A program made the translations under genes and the position numbers. Under the pieces are notes generated by a model. The model saw only the letters and a list, made by a program, of their open reading frames with translations, made no database searches and was not told the DNA's origin. A DNA stretch of 64,000 nucleotides from Malacoraja senta (Eukaryota), in NCBI GenBank assembly GCA_038087875.1, contig JAXLNO010000111.1:1-64000 (forward strand). Direction: 5' to 3'. Below, in pieces: positions 12,125-25,300 of the stretch (position 1 is its first letter; the number at the start of each line of letters is the position of its first letter).

Positions 12125-12618
12125 TTACAAGGATGTGGTGGTCTACCCAATTATACCTGTGAGTGGAGATTGGAGAGGTGGATTTGTTTTATCTGGAACA
12201 AAAGAGGCCGAGGGAAAATTTCACCCAAGTTCATAATATTACAAGGGAATTAGATAGATTGAAGATGAAGGACCTCCTTCCTTTCACCCAACTTTTTATT
12301 ATAGACCAATATCTGCCGCAGTCACAATGGACCATGCTCATTTAATGCCTCTTGATAAGAAAGGGTTACACTTTTACTCCTTGTTTCCCTCAGAACTAAG
12401 CTTCCAAAAGGTCTACATATTACTTTTGCTTCAGTTTTCCTTTAATTTTGGTCAATTGGAACTTTAACTCCATTTGTTCTCGTATTCACATGTATGGGAT
12501 CCTTATTTTCTTCAGAATCAAATTGTCTCACTTACCAATGCCCTTTTCAATTCTCTTTTTTTGACCTTATGCATTTTCACTTCACTGCAGATAACCAAAC
12601 GGGCAGAGCTGGTTTACT

Positions 12619-12811
12619 TCTTCTTCTTTTTGTGTCCATCTTGTTACAAATGTTGACATCGCTGTCATCGTCCATCCTGAAAAGAACACAAGCTTCCGAC
12701 GACAATCAGTGGAAGCCATCACTTGTCGCAATAGATGATGGTGGTAGGAGAATTAGATTAGGATACTTCCAGTTTCCAGCCTCGCGATGTGGACGCTTCT
12801 GCTATGGGGCC
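12619..12811 (-). mobile_element. Short non-autonomous retroposon with (GAA)n tail (Ingi/Vingi/RTE-like)
   Basis: Exact 12-bp TSD AGCTGGTTTACT (12607-12618 and 12812-12823). Minus-strand 3' end GATGGACACAAAAAGAAGAAG. Confidence 0.75.
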
Positions 12812-12861
12812 AGCTGGTTTACTGACCCCTTCCCTATGGCCTTTACACCATTTATCATCGT

Positions 12862-12967
12862 CTGAAGATACACACAAAATGCTGGAGTAACTCAGCGGGT
12901 CAGGCAGCATCTCTGGAGAAAAGGAATAGGTGACGTTTCGGGTCGAGACCCTTCTTCAGACTGAGAG
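12862..12967 (-). repeat. Penelope-terminal repeat with the best-preserved minimal hammerhead-like motif (12929-12962)
   Basis: Minus strand reads CTGAAGA-A-GGGTC-TC-GACCC-GAAA-CGTC. Confidence 0.65.
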
Positions 12968-13489
12968 TCTGTCCAGTCTTCAACTATCAACCACTGTTTA
13001 GTTTCTAAGGATCTTATTGTCTACTTTCTAACCCCCCTGTACTTATACAGACTTTGCCTTTTCTGCATGCGATCTAAGCAGTCTGATCATACTATTTTAC
13101 TTATTTTACTGCCTCAGTTCCAATCTGTGACTTAATCTGAGCTCTTCAATCCTCAGGCACCAATAACTGTGCAGAGGACATCCAAATCAATCCTACTAAA
13201 TGTGGAAGCATGCTTTGATAATCCCTTGTAATGCTCATTGTGACATAGAATTATCCTCTGATCAAACCTGGCTGAATAGCTGGAGAGGCAAAATAGTAAG
13301 TAGATTGATCTGATAACTCCACAGATGTTGAATTCAGGCAACATTGTGAGATTGCAAATTTAACTTGAAGCAGAAAGATAATCCATGCTTGTTACTTGGT
13401 AATTGGATTATATAAATCTGATCGGTAGAGGAATGGATTAGAGTCCAGTGTCATAGAGATATACAGCATCAAAACAGATTATTTGCCCC

Positions 13490-13910
13490 ACCAAGAACAC
13501 TGAGGAGATTTGGTATGTTGACAAATACTCTCTTGACTTCTACAGTATAGGGCATATTGACTGGTTGCATCATAGCCTGGTTTGGCAACTTGATGGGCCA
13601 GGAACAAAGGAGATTAGCAAAAGTAGTGGGCACAGCCCGGGTCCATCAGGGGTGTTGACTTCCCCACCATTGAAGGGATCTAAATGAGGCGCTGCCTCAA
13701 AAAGGCAGCCAGCATGCTCAGAGACCCACACCACCCTGGCTGTGCACTTTCATCCTGCCGTAGGGAAGAAGATTTAGGAGTCTGAAAACAGTAACCTCCA
13801 GGTTCTTCCCAACAACCACCATGCTCTTGAACACTACAAACACTAATTAAACTATGAACGATGAACTGTCTTGGTTGCACTGAGGAATTGGGGCTTTTTT
13901 GCAATAATAT
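13490..13910 (+). mobile_element. Rex1/Babar-like LINE fragment (degenerate)
   Basis: Similar to the 15090-15835 element: gcctggtttggcaac..., aaggcagccagcat...agacccacaccaccctggc. Confidence 0.65.
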
Positions 13911-14147
13911 CAAATATCAAATAGTATCTCCAAACTGAACTAAAACTAAACTACCACATATTGTTTGTTGGACAATGGATTTTCTCACCCATGTGGAGGA
14001 AGGAACAATGTGTTGCACAGCTCTGAGCATTAGCGTATACAGATAGTAAGTATACCAGGCAATGCTTTAAAACAAGTGTCTGTGCAAGATTCATAAGATG
14101 GGTTGTAGATTATGTGAGCAGTGGTTGAATCTTCTATCATACACAAT

Positions 14148-14400
14148 CTCCTGCCTGCTCCCACAAACCTTTGACACTTACGAATCAATCTCCACCTTAA
14201 AAATACTCAATGACTTGGCCTCCACAGCTGTCTGTGGCAATAAATTCCACAGATTCACCACCCTCTGACTGTAGAAATTGCTCCTCATCTTCTTTCTGAA
14301 CGTATGTCCTTTTATTCTGAGGCTGTGCCCTCTGTTCCTAGACTCTCCCACTAGTGGAAACATGCTCTCCACATCCACTCTATCCAGGCCTTTTACTATT
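14148..14400 (-). mobile_element. CR1 LINE 3' fragment
   Basis: KGLDRVDVESMFPLVGESRNRGHSLRIKG...QRVVNLWN. Confidence 0.9.
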
Positions 14401-15089
14401 CGATTCACGATTTGGATACATAAGCAACACTACTGCTAATTGGATCAGATAGTACAATTGTAATTTTGCTCCTCTCACCTGCCAGTACCAATGTAACTAC
14501 AAATTAGAACAATCGTATATAGGATCTACAAATAGGATAAATTCATCCTTGTAAAACCCACATCAGAAATTATTGTAATTATTCTGTAATTATAACTGAA
14601 GCCAGCTCTGCTGCGGTATGTAAGTGGTAGTGTTACTCAGGCATCAGCTTCCCATTGTGGGCCAGGAGTAGAGTCAGTGAAACGGCTGAGACATTGAGAC
14701 AAAGAACATTCCCACCTGCACACTCAAAAGTAAAACTAGCTCCACAACATGGGTAGCAGTGTATTTTGTTGAATTTAATAAAAGGTTTAATTGGAGGTAT
14801 ACTGTAACTTGGGTCTGAGAATTATGCAGAACAAATATGAACTTAGTTTACAATGCTAGAGTTTGGAAGAAAAAAAAAGACCGTGGCATATTTTCTGATT
14901 ATGTTTACAAAATGCTTGGCTGTTAATCCATGACTAGTAAGAAAAGTATGCAAGGACTTTTATTTGGAAAGCGAGAATGGTCTTGCTGGCAATCAAAGAG
15001 TAAGCTTTGCAAACAAATTAGGAGCATTTGCTATTGATTTCTGCAACGTGAAATATGCAAGAGATACCGAAGCCAGGTATCGAACAATA

Positions 15090-15835
15090 TGTTTATTAGT
15101 AAATTGTCATTTGTATCGAGGTACAGTGAAAAGCCACAGTTCCATGCCAACCAGTCAACAGAAAGACCATACATGATTACAGTCGAGCCATCCAAAGTGC
15201 ACAGATACATGATAAAGGGAATAACGTTTAGTGCAAGTTAAAGTCCAGTAAAATCTGATTAAAGATAGTCCGAGGATCTTCAATGAGCTAAAAAGTAGCT
15301 CTCGTGGTTGATGGGATGCATCAGTTGCCTGATAACAGCTGGGAAAAAACTGCCCCTGAATCTGGAGGTGTACATTTACATACTGCTGTACCTCTTGCCT
15401 GATGGGAGAGTGGAAAAAAGGGAGTGACCAGGGTGAGACTTGTTCTTGATTATGCTGGCGGTCCTACCGAGGCAGCATGAAGTGTAAATTGAGTCAATGG
15501 AAGGGAGGTTGGTTTGTGTGATGGTCCAGGGTGTGTCCACAAATCTCTGCAACTTCTTGTGCTCTTGTATGGAGCCGTTCCAAAACCAAGCTGTGATGTG
15601 TCCCGATAACATGCTATCTATGGCGCATCTGCAGAAGTTGGTGAGAATTGTTGGGGACATGCTGAACTTCTTAAGACTTCCAAGGAAGTAGAGGCTTTGG
15701 TGTGCTTTCTTGGTCATTGCCTTGATATGGATGGTCCAGGACAAGTTGTTGGTGATATTTAATCCTAGGAAGTTAAAGGTTTCAAACATCTCTACATTGT
15801 CACCATCAATGTATACCAGGGTATGTGTACCATTT
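15090..15835 (-). mobile_element. Rex1/Babar-like LINE, 5'-truncated (ORF2 C-terminus + 3' UTR)
   Basis: FNFLGLNITNNLSW...KKAHQSLYFLGSLKKF...SHPGHSLFSTLPSGKRY, typical of the Rex1 post-RT region. Confidence 0.85.
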
Positions 15836-15927
15836 TCTTCCTGTGTACGGCTTTGTTTCCTGAGTTCATGCTGCAGGTTTGACAGAAAATGCAGGCCACG
15901 TGAAAAAGGCCACATAAGGCTATTCTG

Positions 15928-16967
15928 TAGGTATGTTACAATACTTATCTTCAGCGGCATTGCAATTCTGCCACTGGCCGTGTGCGCGATTCTGGCGCCT
16001 TTGAGGGGGGGGGGGCGGGGTTAAAACGCGGGTTTCTCCTACCTTGTCCTGGATTATATTTTGTTGGAGTGCAAGCTTTTGCTGAAGAATCGTTCCAACG
16101 GGCGTTCTGTGTATTTTTTATTTTTATTCGCCCGACAATTTCAGCGCTGGAGCAATCAGCTTCTAAAGCCGTCAACGCCGACAACGGGGACGGATTTCAC
16201 GCATGGGACAGGTAAACGTAAGCCGTTTATTTTATGTATAAAAGTGCTCCTTAAGATGCTTTTAATTCACATTTTAAGTTGCGAAACGGTGATTTTTCCC
16301 CCCGAACGAACCGGCAGTATTTTCCATGCCAATACGGGTTTAAATTCACCGCAACCGCAACATTCCAAATGATCGCGTTCCAGAAAAACCCACTCGCAAG
16401 ATGATTTAAATGGCCATTAATTTACAGGTATTAAACATTAAATTCCTTCCATTTGGCCTATAAATCCATGACAATGAGATTTAAAAATTATGTTATATTG
16501 TGAATTCATGTGTGAATGTTATTTGGACACTTAGGCTATTTAAAAATGTTAATCTATTCTTAAGAAATTGATAGATGTTTAGATCTAGTAATTGAATTTT
16601 GTGATTAGCTACAATTAGGTAACTAACTAATTATATGCTTTAATTTCATGTCATCTAAGTAAGATTGTTTCATATTTGTTTCAGAATGCTTCAATTTATA
16701 ATAACTGAAAGTTTCTTTCAGTTCTCTTAATTTTTAAGAAAGTTATGGGCTTTTGACTGTCCTCAATCACAGCTTTTGTGTTAAGTCAATGGAAAAGCAA
16801 TAGGGAACAAGGTGCTAATTTCCGAGTATGAAAATGCCCATAACTTTTTTTAATACTGAAGATATGAAAGTGAATTAGGTGTCAAATTAAACATCTTTTT
16901 ATGCTTTATCTGATGGGATAAATTACAGACTTGATTTTTAAAATCTCAAAATTTTGTAACATTGCTA
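15928..16967. mobile_element. Non-autonomous DNA transposon, TAG...CTA termini, 7-bp TSD (hAT/hATw-like)
   Basis: Imperfect TIR TAGGTATGTTACAA / TTGTAACATTGCTA. TATTCTG duplicated at 15921-15927 and 16968-16974. Confidence 0.75.
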
Positions 16968-18204
16968 TATTCTGAAGTATCCTATTGCTAATTTTTTTTT
17001 TAAACAGCTGGGCTACTCCATATATGATTGTTCTAATTGAATGAAAAGTTGTGATTACACTCAGGGTTTTTACCCGAGCTCGATGATAGGGCCATTAACC
17101 AAGTGACTGCCACTGTAAGCCCAGACATGGTCACCTGGCGATGCCAGAAGGCATGTTTGGTTTGTCAGGAGCACAGTTGCAGAATGGTGTCATCTGCTGC
17201 AAATAGACCTGTAGAGAGAATGGCAGTGAGAGTGATTCTCAACCTTTTTCTTCTTCCAGGCTCCCACATGAAATCTCTGCAGTACGAGTCAATATGTATC
17301 AGATGCATCAAACCAGTGACTGGTACATTCTGTTGTGTGGTAGATTTATTTTTCGAATTGAACAGCAACAGCAGTAACAAACAGATTTCCCATATTAAGG
17401 GAAGAGAAGTGTAGGAGGACCTTTGACGGTCTCTGTGTGGCTATATAATGTACGAAAGAGGTATTATTTTATATTTCATATCTGAAAGTGATTAACGATA
17501 TTTAAACCTTCAGGTTGATACCTGCTTACCACAGATGAGACATCCAAAATTAATTGCCTGCCACCTTTATTCAAAGGTTGGGGCATTGGTGTTCTTGACG
17601 ATCATGGTCTAGTTCTTGAGAAGGATATTTGAAATGATCACCACACACAGGTTTATGTGAACTCCACATTGTTACTGCATTAATGAGAAAATATTCTACC
17701 AACATCTTCAAGCATCTCAAATAGCTCAACAAGTCAGAGATACCCTGCAGTACTGGAAGCAAAGTTTTCTCGAACTCCGCTGCCTGCTCAATGTTCCAAG
17801 GGGATCTGTTCATGGGTGAGCAGGAGTCACAGAGCGAGGAAACAGGCCATTCGGCCCAACTTGCCCATGACAATCAAGATGCCCAACCTATCTCTACAGC
17901 TCAGGCCCTCAAGTCCTGGCTACATCCTCGTATCTTCTCTGCATTCTTTCCAGTTAAACAACATCTTTCCAATAGCAGGGTAACCAAAACTGAGAACTTT
18001 ACTCCATTGAGGGGACCATTAACAACCATTAACAGGCAAAAATGTACAGCCTGCCAAGAGGATCTGCTTGCAGACTTTTCAATGTAGTTGGGAAGGCTCA
18101 GATGTCTGAGGAAGGGTCCTGACCCAAAATGTCACCTATCCATTTCTCTTCACAGATATTGCCTGACCCACTGAGTTCCTGGAACAGTTTTTTTCAGTAT
18201 ACCA

Positions 18205-18405
18205 CAGGGATCAGTGCTGGGATCTTTGTTTGTAATTTATATAAATGACACGGATGAGAATGTAAATGGTATGATTAGCAAGTTTGCAAACAATATGAAA
18301 ACTGGTGGAGTCGTGGATCGTGAAGAAGGTCGACTCAGGGTACAGCAGAACATACATCAGCTGGAAAGTTGAGGGAACTGTGGCAGATGGAATTTAATCC
18401 AAACC
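18205..18405 (+). mobile_element. CR1 RT fragment
   Basis: ccacagggatcagtgctggga...attagcaagtttgca...tggcagatggaatttaatcc. Confidence 0.75.
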
Positions 18406-18409
18406 AAGT

Positions 18410-19135
18410 AGAGACCGCCCCCACCACAATTACTCATCACCTTCCACCCAAACCACTCCCTCCCCAGGTACTTTCCCTGCAACCACAGGAGATGTGCAAC
18501 CAGTCCCTACACCTCCTCCCTCTCCTTCTTCCAGGGATTCCAGCAGCCTATCCAAGTGAGACAGAGGTTCACATACACCTCCTCTAACCTCATCTACTGC
18601 AATCAGTGCTTCATTTGTGGCCTCCTTCACGTTGGCAAGAACAAGCATAGACCAGGCACCATTTTGCCAAACATTTGTAGTCGGTCTGCTGTGACCTGCT
18701 GGATCACTCGGTTGCTAAACATTTTAACTCTCCTTCCTTTTTGTCCTTGGCCTCCTCCTTTGCTAGAGTGAGGAGAAGCAACACTACAGATTTTGCTTGA
18801 GTAGCTTACAATCCAACATTTTGAACATTGTATTTTAAGTTACACCCCCTCTTTTTCCCTCATCCTCCCCCTCCCCCCACCTCTGGATTTATTTTTTTAC
18901 ATTTCACTCTTCCTTATCTGATACCCTTTTGTCTCCTTTTCATCTCCAGCCTTTGTCCACCCATCTTAAATCAACCCCCCCCCTCACCCTTATTTACTTA
19001 TCATTTGCCTTGCTATGTCCTGCCCTCATCTCTTTTCCAGCTTTCTCCTCCCACTGCAATCAGCCTGAAGAAGGGTCCTAACCTAAAACATCAACCATCC
19101 ATTCCCTCTGCAGATGCTGCCTGATCTGTTGAGCT
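18410..19135 (+). mobile_element. Penelope-like element 3' part: degenerate GIY-YIG endonuclease + terminal repeat
   Basis: GTFPCNHRRCA then RQRFTYTSSNLIYCNQCFICGLLHVGKNK (GIY-YIG NLIY...LxxG signature). Followed by a pyrimidine-rich UTR and the ctgaagaagggtc...gatgctgcctga terminal repeat. Confidence 0.8.
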
Positions 19136-20320
19136 TTGTCTAAATTAAGATTGCAAAATTATGTGTTGGATTTTGTTGAAGCAGTAATTCTTAGTTTGAG
19201 CTTATGCGTCAAAATGACAGAATCTACCTTATTAAACAGTTTGCATAACAGTGGTTTGGAACATTATCGAATAAGCACATCTTGTAATTGTTTAATGATA
19301 TTTTGAAGCTAATAATAGTTACTATATTAAAATACATCAAATAAAACAATCATGGATATCTGGCAATAATATTGCTATGAATACTTTATGTGCAAATGGA
19401 GAAATATCTGGGGATGATTATAAATCAGCAATTTAATCAAGGTACCGAGAACGGTTAGATGTAGAATAATAAATAACTAACAGCAATTAGCAGGTTACAA
19501 ATTAATTGAGGCGTTCAGACAATGATGCTGGGGATAATATAAACTCAAGAGGGAATACAAGCAGTAAATTTAACAAGGACATTCAATGGCATTATATACC
19601 ATGAAGATGAATCTCAAAGTAATTTATATTGCTTTGCAAGCACCAGGATGAAATTACTGCCAATGAAAGTGCTTCTGACAATTTTTATTCCATTGATGCT
19701 GGAGGCAGGGAGTGGGGGTGAGAGGAATGAAACACAGTGGCAGTGATGCTAGACCTTAGTGGGTAGAATACTTTATGTTATCAATCTGTTCATTGTTATC
19801 TTGGTTAATGATCTAAAATAGATTTTACCCTCTAATAATTATACAACGCTTAACTCCAGTAAGGATTGGGAGTGAGTCTCTGAAGCATCGACGTTATACT
19901 TTGTTTTCAAACCTTTTATTTTAATTAATTTGAAAGCTGGAGTCACAGAGACACACAGGGCAGATATATAGGCCCATCGGCCCACCAGGTCCATGTTGTC
20001 TTATCTACAGTGCATTCAGAAAGTATTCAGACCTCTGACAATAACATTTTGTTATGTTACAGCCTTATTCTTAAATTGATTAAATCTTTTTTTTATTATC
20101 ATCAATCTACACACAATATCCCATAATAAAAAAGTAAAAACTGGTGTTTAGAACTTTTTTGAGGACTTCCGGTGGCGCTATGGAGGCATAAAGCCCAGCG
20201 TCAACTAGCTCAGTGCTGAAAATCTGAAAACTGGAGAAAAATCGGGACTTACCTGTGGCGACTGTGATTTGAACGGCTGCCTGCTGCGAGTGACGTCATC
20301 AGGCGCGCGACTCTACCGGT

Positions 20321-21371
20321 ATGTCGATGCAACATACCCCCCCCAGGGGGACAAAAAAGGCTGGTAAAGCAAAACAACCGACGGAAGAGGTAGGCCTAAC
20401 CGAGGCCTCAGCCTCAGGTGCAACGATGTCCCAGGAAGACACATTGAAGAAAACAAGGCAAAAAAAATCGGAAGTTGAAGAACTTAAAAACTTTCTCACC
20501 ATTGAAATTAAAAATATTCAAGTACAGTTGAAAGCCTTTGAGGAAAAGCTGAATTTTAAAGAGGAACTTAACTCTTTTAAGGTAGATTTTAAAGCAGAAA
20601 TGATTTCTACCGTCCAAGGCATACTGGAGGATTGGAAGAGTTCGATGGAAGAAGAGGTCAAGGTCAGATGGAAGAGGTGGAAGTCAGGATCACTTCGGTG
20701 GAATCGAACCTTAATGAAAAGTTGGACCCCATCCAATATTGGATCAACAAAATACAGCAATAACTGAACTAGAGAAATGTGCTGTGACAAGTGCGGAAAC
20801 TGTAAATCGACTCCTTACCGAAAATCAACGCCTCTCCGAAATGGTGACTAAACTAAGTGGAAAGTGTACTGACCTGGAGGGGCGTCAAAGACGCCAGAAC
20901 TTAAGAATTGTAGGTGTTAAAGAAGGAAGAGAGAGGGGTACTGGCCCTCGGGATTTTGCGGCAGATTTACTACAATAAGCCATAAAATTGGATCAAATAC
21001 CTTTACTTGGTCGAGCACATAGAGCGCAGGGGCGTCGTACACGAGATGATGCTCACCCAAGACAAATTATAGTAAAGGTGCAACTTGATCACGAATTTGA
21101 TGATATAATGAAGAAAATTGTCCGTAGCAGAGAGCTCTCTTTTGAAGGAGAGAGGATCAGTATCTACCGAGACTACCCGGCGGAGGTCTTCAAGAAGAGA
21201 GCGCTGTTTACTGAGACAAAAAGAATACTGAGGAACATACCTGATTTGAGATACGGCTTGATTTATCCCACAACACTAAGAGTCACCTACAAAGAGAAGG
21301 AGCAACTTTTTATAGACCATGAAAAAGCACTGGAATATGCCAAAGGCATCAGGAATGTGACCACAGACTGA
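20321..21371 (+). pseudogene. L1 ORF1 (coiled coil + RRM + CTD; frameshift and stop)
   Basis: DLEGRQRRQNLRIVGVKEG, RAHR, PRQIIVK, ISIYRDY, YGLIYPTTLRV. Confidence 0.9.
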
Positions 21372-22335
21372 ACAATATACATCACTCCCCAGGAGTCAAG
21401 GAGCAACGGGACCTTGCCAGGTCTAAAAGGAACTTTAAAGTACTTTTAATAACTTTAAGGACTACTGAAAATTGAAATGGACATTGGAGAAAACCTGGGT
21501 TTTTTCTCTCTCTTAATTTCTCCATTTTTATATTCATCTTTTGTGTTTAGTATAAATTCCAAGAACAATAATATCACAGTTATTGTTACTAATCACTATT
21601 ACTATTTAGTATATTCACATTTAACCATACATTTAACTACTAATACTTATTAAATATCAATATTACTACTAAAATTATTAACATTTATATTATTCATAAA
21701 TATTTACTATTGCGTATGAATACTAACAATGATTAATAACTAACAGTTTCTGGTTAACGTAGAAATAGTTTATATATGTTATATGATTATAAGTAAGAGT
21801 TAATTTAGCCCATGTATTAATAAGGGTTGATGGTTTTTCTCTTTATTTTTCAACTAAAAAATAAAAATACATACTTAAAGAGGATATTAACACGGTATTT
21901 AGAGAATAATAATGTTGTTAACTAAGGAATTAAGAAATCCTTTTGTTTAATTTTTTTTGTTACTCCCAAAGAAATTATTTTATTGTTAAAAATATTTTCA
22001 TTCTTTTTTTGGAAAGCACGGAGCTAGGATTTTTTCTTTTACAAAGGCTACGGAAGTCTTTAGAATTCTAGCCACGCTAGTGTGGCTATCACTAACTACA
22101 CTAATTGTAGATGTAGTTTCTTTTCTCTCTCACTATACTAACCAATTATATTACTTCTTTCACTTTAAATATTGTTATAATTTTAAGTTTGAATGGAACT
22201 ACAAGATTAATTCAAGGAGATGTGTTCGGAAGAGCGATGTACGTAATTTAAAATTCATCTATCTGAGGTACGGGGACAGGATCAGGTCTTGTGTGTTGTA
22301 CCTTCTGCTCGGCTATAGACCACCCTAGAAACAAT

Positions 22336-25300
22336 ATGCAAGATGGTAATATGACAAGAGGGGGCGAAGGAATAACGTTTTGTAGTTGGAATGTTAAGGG
22401 AATTAATGAACCAATTAAGAGAGGTAAAGTTTTAGCACATTTAAATTCACTCAAGACAGATATAATATTCCTTCAAGAAACACACCTTAAAAAGGAATCA
22501 CAATATAGACTAAAAGCTAAGTGGATTGCTGAAACGTACCATTCCTCTTTTTCACACAAGTCCAGAGGAGTTGCAATATTAATTCGTAAAGGGATATCTT
22601 TTACTCATTCATCAACAATAGCGGATATTGATGGTAGATATATTTTATTAGTTGGAGAGTTAAATGGAAAAAAAGTGATTCTTCTTAATGTATACGGACC
22701 AAATTTTGATAATCCTATGTTTTTTAATAAAACATTGAATATAATCCCAGAATTTACACAATATAAATTAATAATTGGAGGAGACTTAAATTGTACATTA
22801 GACCCTTATTTAGATAGATCATCAAGGCAAAAAAAAGTAAAATCTCAATCAAGTGTATTTCTAAACTCATTTATTAATACCACTAATATTAAGGATGTCT
22901 GGAGAATTGAAAATCCAACTGGACGGGAATATTCATTTTATTCACCGGTACATAAAACATACTCAAGAATAGACTATTTTTAGTTGACTCAACGTTTATC
23001 CCATTTACTTATAATTCAAAATACCATAATATTATAATCTCAGACCATGCACCTTTAACATTTATGATTAAATTAAATGGAATGGCCGAGAAACAAACAT
23101 ATTGGAGACTTAACCCACAAATCTTGAATGAAAGATCATGTCAGGAATATCTTATTAAACAGATTCAAACATTTTTCGAGACTAATGACACCCCTGGCAC
23201 ATCTGTTTCCCTTATTTGGGAAACATTTAAAGCGTTTGTACGAGGTGCATTAATTTCCTCCCAAGTATTTTATAACAAAGAGAACCGGATTAAACAACAG
23301 ACATTGGAAAGGGAAATAAAGCAACTAGATATAGAAAATGCGACAATGCCATCTATGTTAAAACATAATAAAATTGCTGTCTTGAAATATAAATTAAACA
23401 AAATGTATTCAGAACAAGTAATAAAACTTTATCAACACACTAAACAATTACATTTCAAATTCGGAGACAAACCACAAAAACTATTAGCACGTCAGCTCCG
23501 AAAATTGGAGGGGGAAAAAATAATTCATAAAATTAGATCAGATACGGGAGAATTATTAAAACTGCCCAAGGATATAAATGAGAGAGTTCTCCAATACTAT
23601 CATAATCTTTATTCAACTAAAACTGTAGAACAACCAGAAGGAATAGCAGAATTTTTACAAAAATGTAATTTAAAAGGTTTAGACTCAAAAGATAAAGCAT
23701 TATTAGAAGCTGAAATTACGATAAAAGATATTGAAGAGTCTATTAGATCTTTAAAAAATGGTAAAGCAGTAGGTCCAGATGGTTTAGGCTCTGAATTTTA
23801 TTAAAAAAATTACGATTTGCTCTCTCCACGTTTACAAATACTGTATGAGTATATTTATACTCAACAGAAACTCCCAGATACCTTAAACGAATCTATAATA
23901 ACACTCATACCAAAGGCTGATAAGGATCCTGAAGATCCAGGATCATATAGAGCAATTGCACTTTTAAATACAGATCAGAAAATACTAACTAAAATTCTAG
24001 CGCACAGATTAAGTACAGTGATGAATAAATGAATACACCCTGACCAAACAGGCTTTATTCAGAAACGGTGTTCATATTTTAATTTGAGACGATTATTTAA
24101 TATAATATACTCAAAGAGAATTACTAATGAAGATCTAGCAATAATCTCACTTGATGCCGAAAAAGCTTTTGATCAGGTTGAATGGCCCTATCTATTTTCG
24201 GTGATGGAAAAATTGCAACTGGGCGAGAAATTCTGCGCATGGATAACACTGTTATATACTAACCCAACGGCTAGAATATTAACAAACCAAAGGTTATCAT
24301 CTAAATTTAACCTATCTAGAGGTTGCAGACAAGGATGCCCGTTGTCTCCACTATTATTTGCGCTTGCTATTGAGCCACCCGCAGAAAAAGTTAGGACCCA
24401 CCCGGAAATATATGGGTATAATACAAAGGACACAGTGAATAAAATTTCTCTATACGCAGATGATGTATTAATTTACATTACAAAACCAGAAATTAGTATT
24501 CCAAATTTATTAAAGCTAATAACCCAATTTGGTTCACTCTCTGGATACAGAATAAATTGGAATAAAAGTGAAATTATGCCAATAAGGGAACATAATAAAC
24601 ATATACCACAACAATTCCCGTTTAAAATAGTAAATGAAAAATTTAAATACCTAGGAATTTATGTCACTAAGACATATACATCATTATTTAAATCAAATTT
24701 TCCCCCATTACTGAATAAACTACATAAGAATATTCAGTACTGGAAAACACTTCCTATCTCAATGGTTGGTAAAATGAATGCCATAAAAATGATTTTCTTA
24801 CCGCAAATATTATACCTTTTTCAAACAATTCCGATATACTTGTCAAAAAACGTTTTCAAAAAGTTGGATTCCATTATCAGTGACTTTATCTGGGATTATA
24901 AGAATCATAGGATAAGCAAAAAACATCTGTGCAAATCAAAAATAAATGGAGGTTTAGTTCTACCAAACTTTTTGTTTTATTTTTGGGCAGTTAACATTAA
25001 AAATATGAATTTTTGGTTGGAAGAAATAGATCAACAACCAGATTGGTTAAAAATGGAAAAGGAAGATTGTTTAGCTTTTGAAATCGGCTCGATACTATTT
25101 GCTACTTCTAAATTAAACAAAAAAATGTATAGGGAAAATCCTATAATATATAGTGCAATGCGAATTTGGAAACAATTAAAAAATACATTAAAATTAGATA
25201 ATTTATCACTTTTTCTTCCAATTATGAATAACCCTTTATTTAAACCCTCATGGTTGGATCACACAATGGAAAAATTATGGAATTAAAATGATGGGACAAC

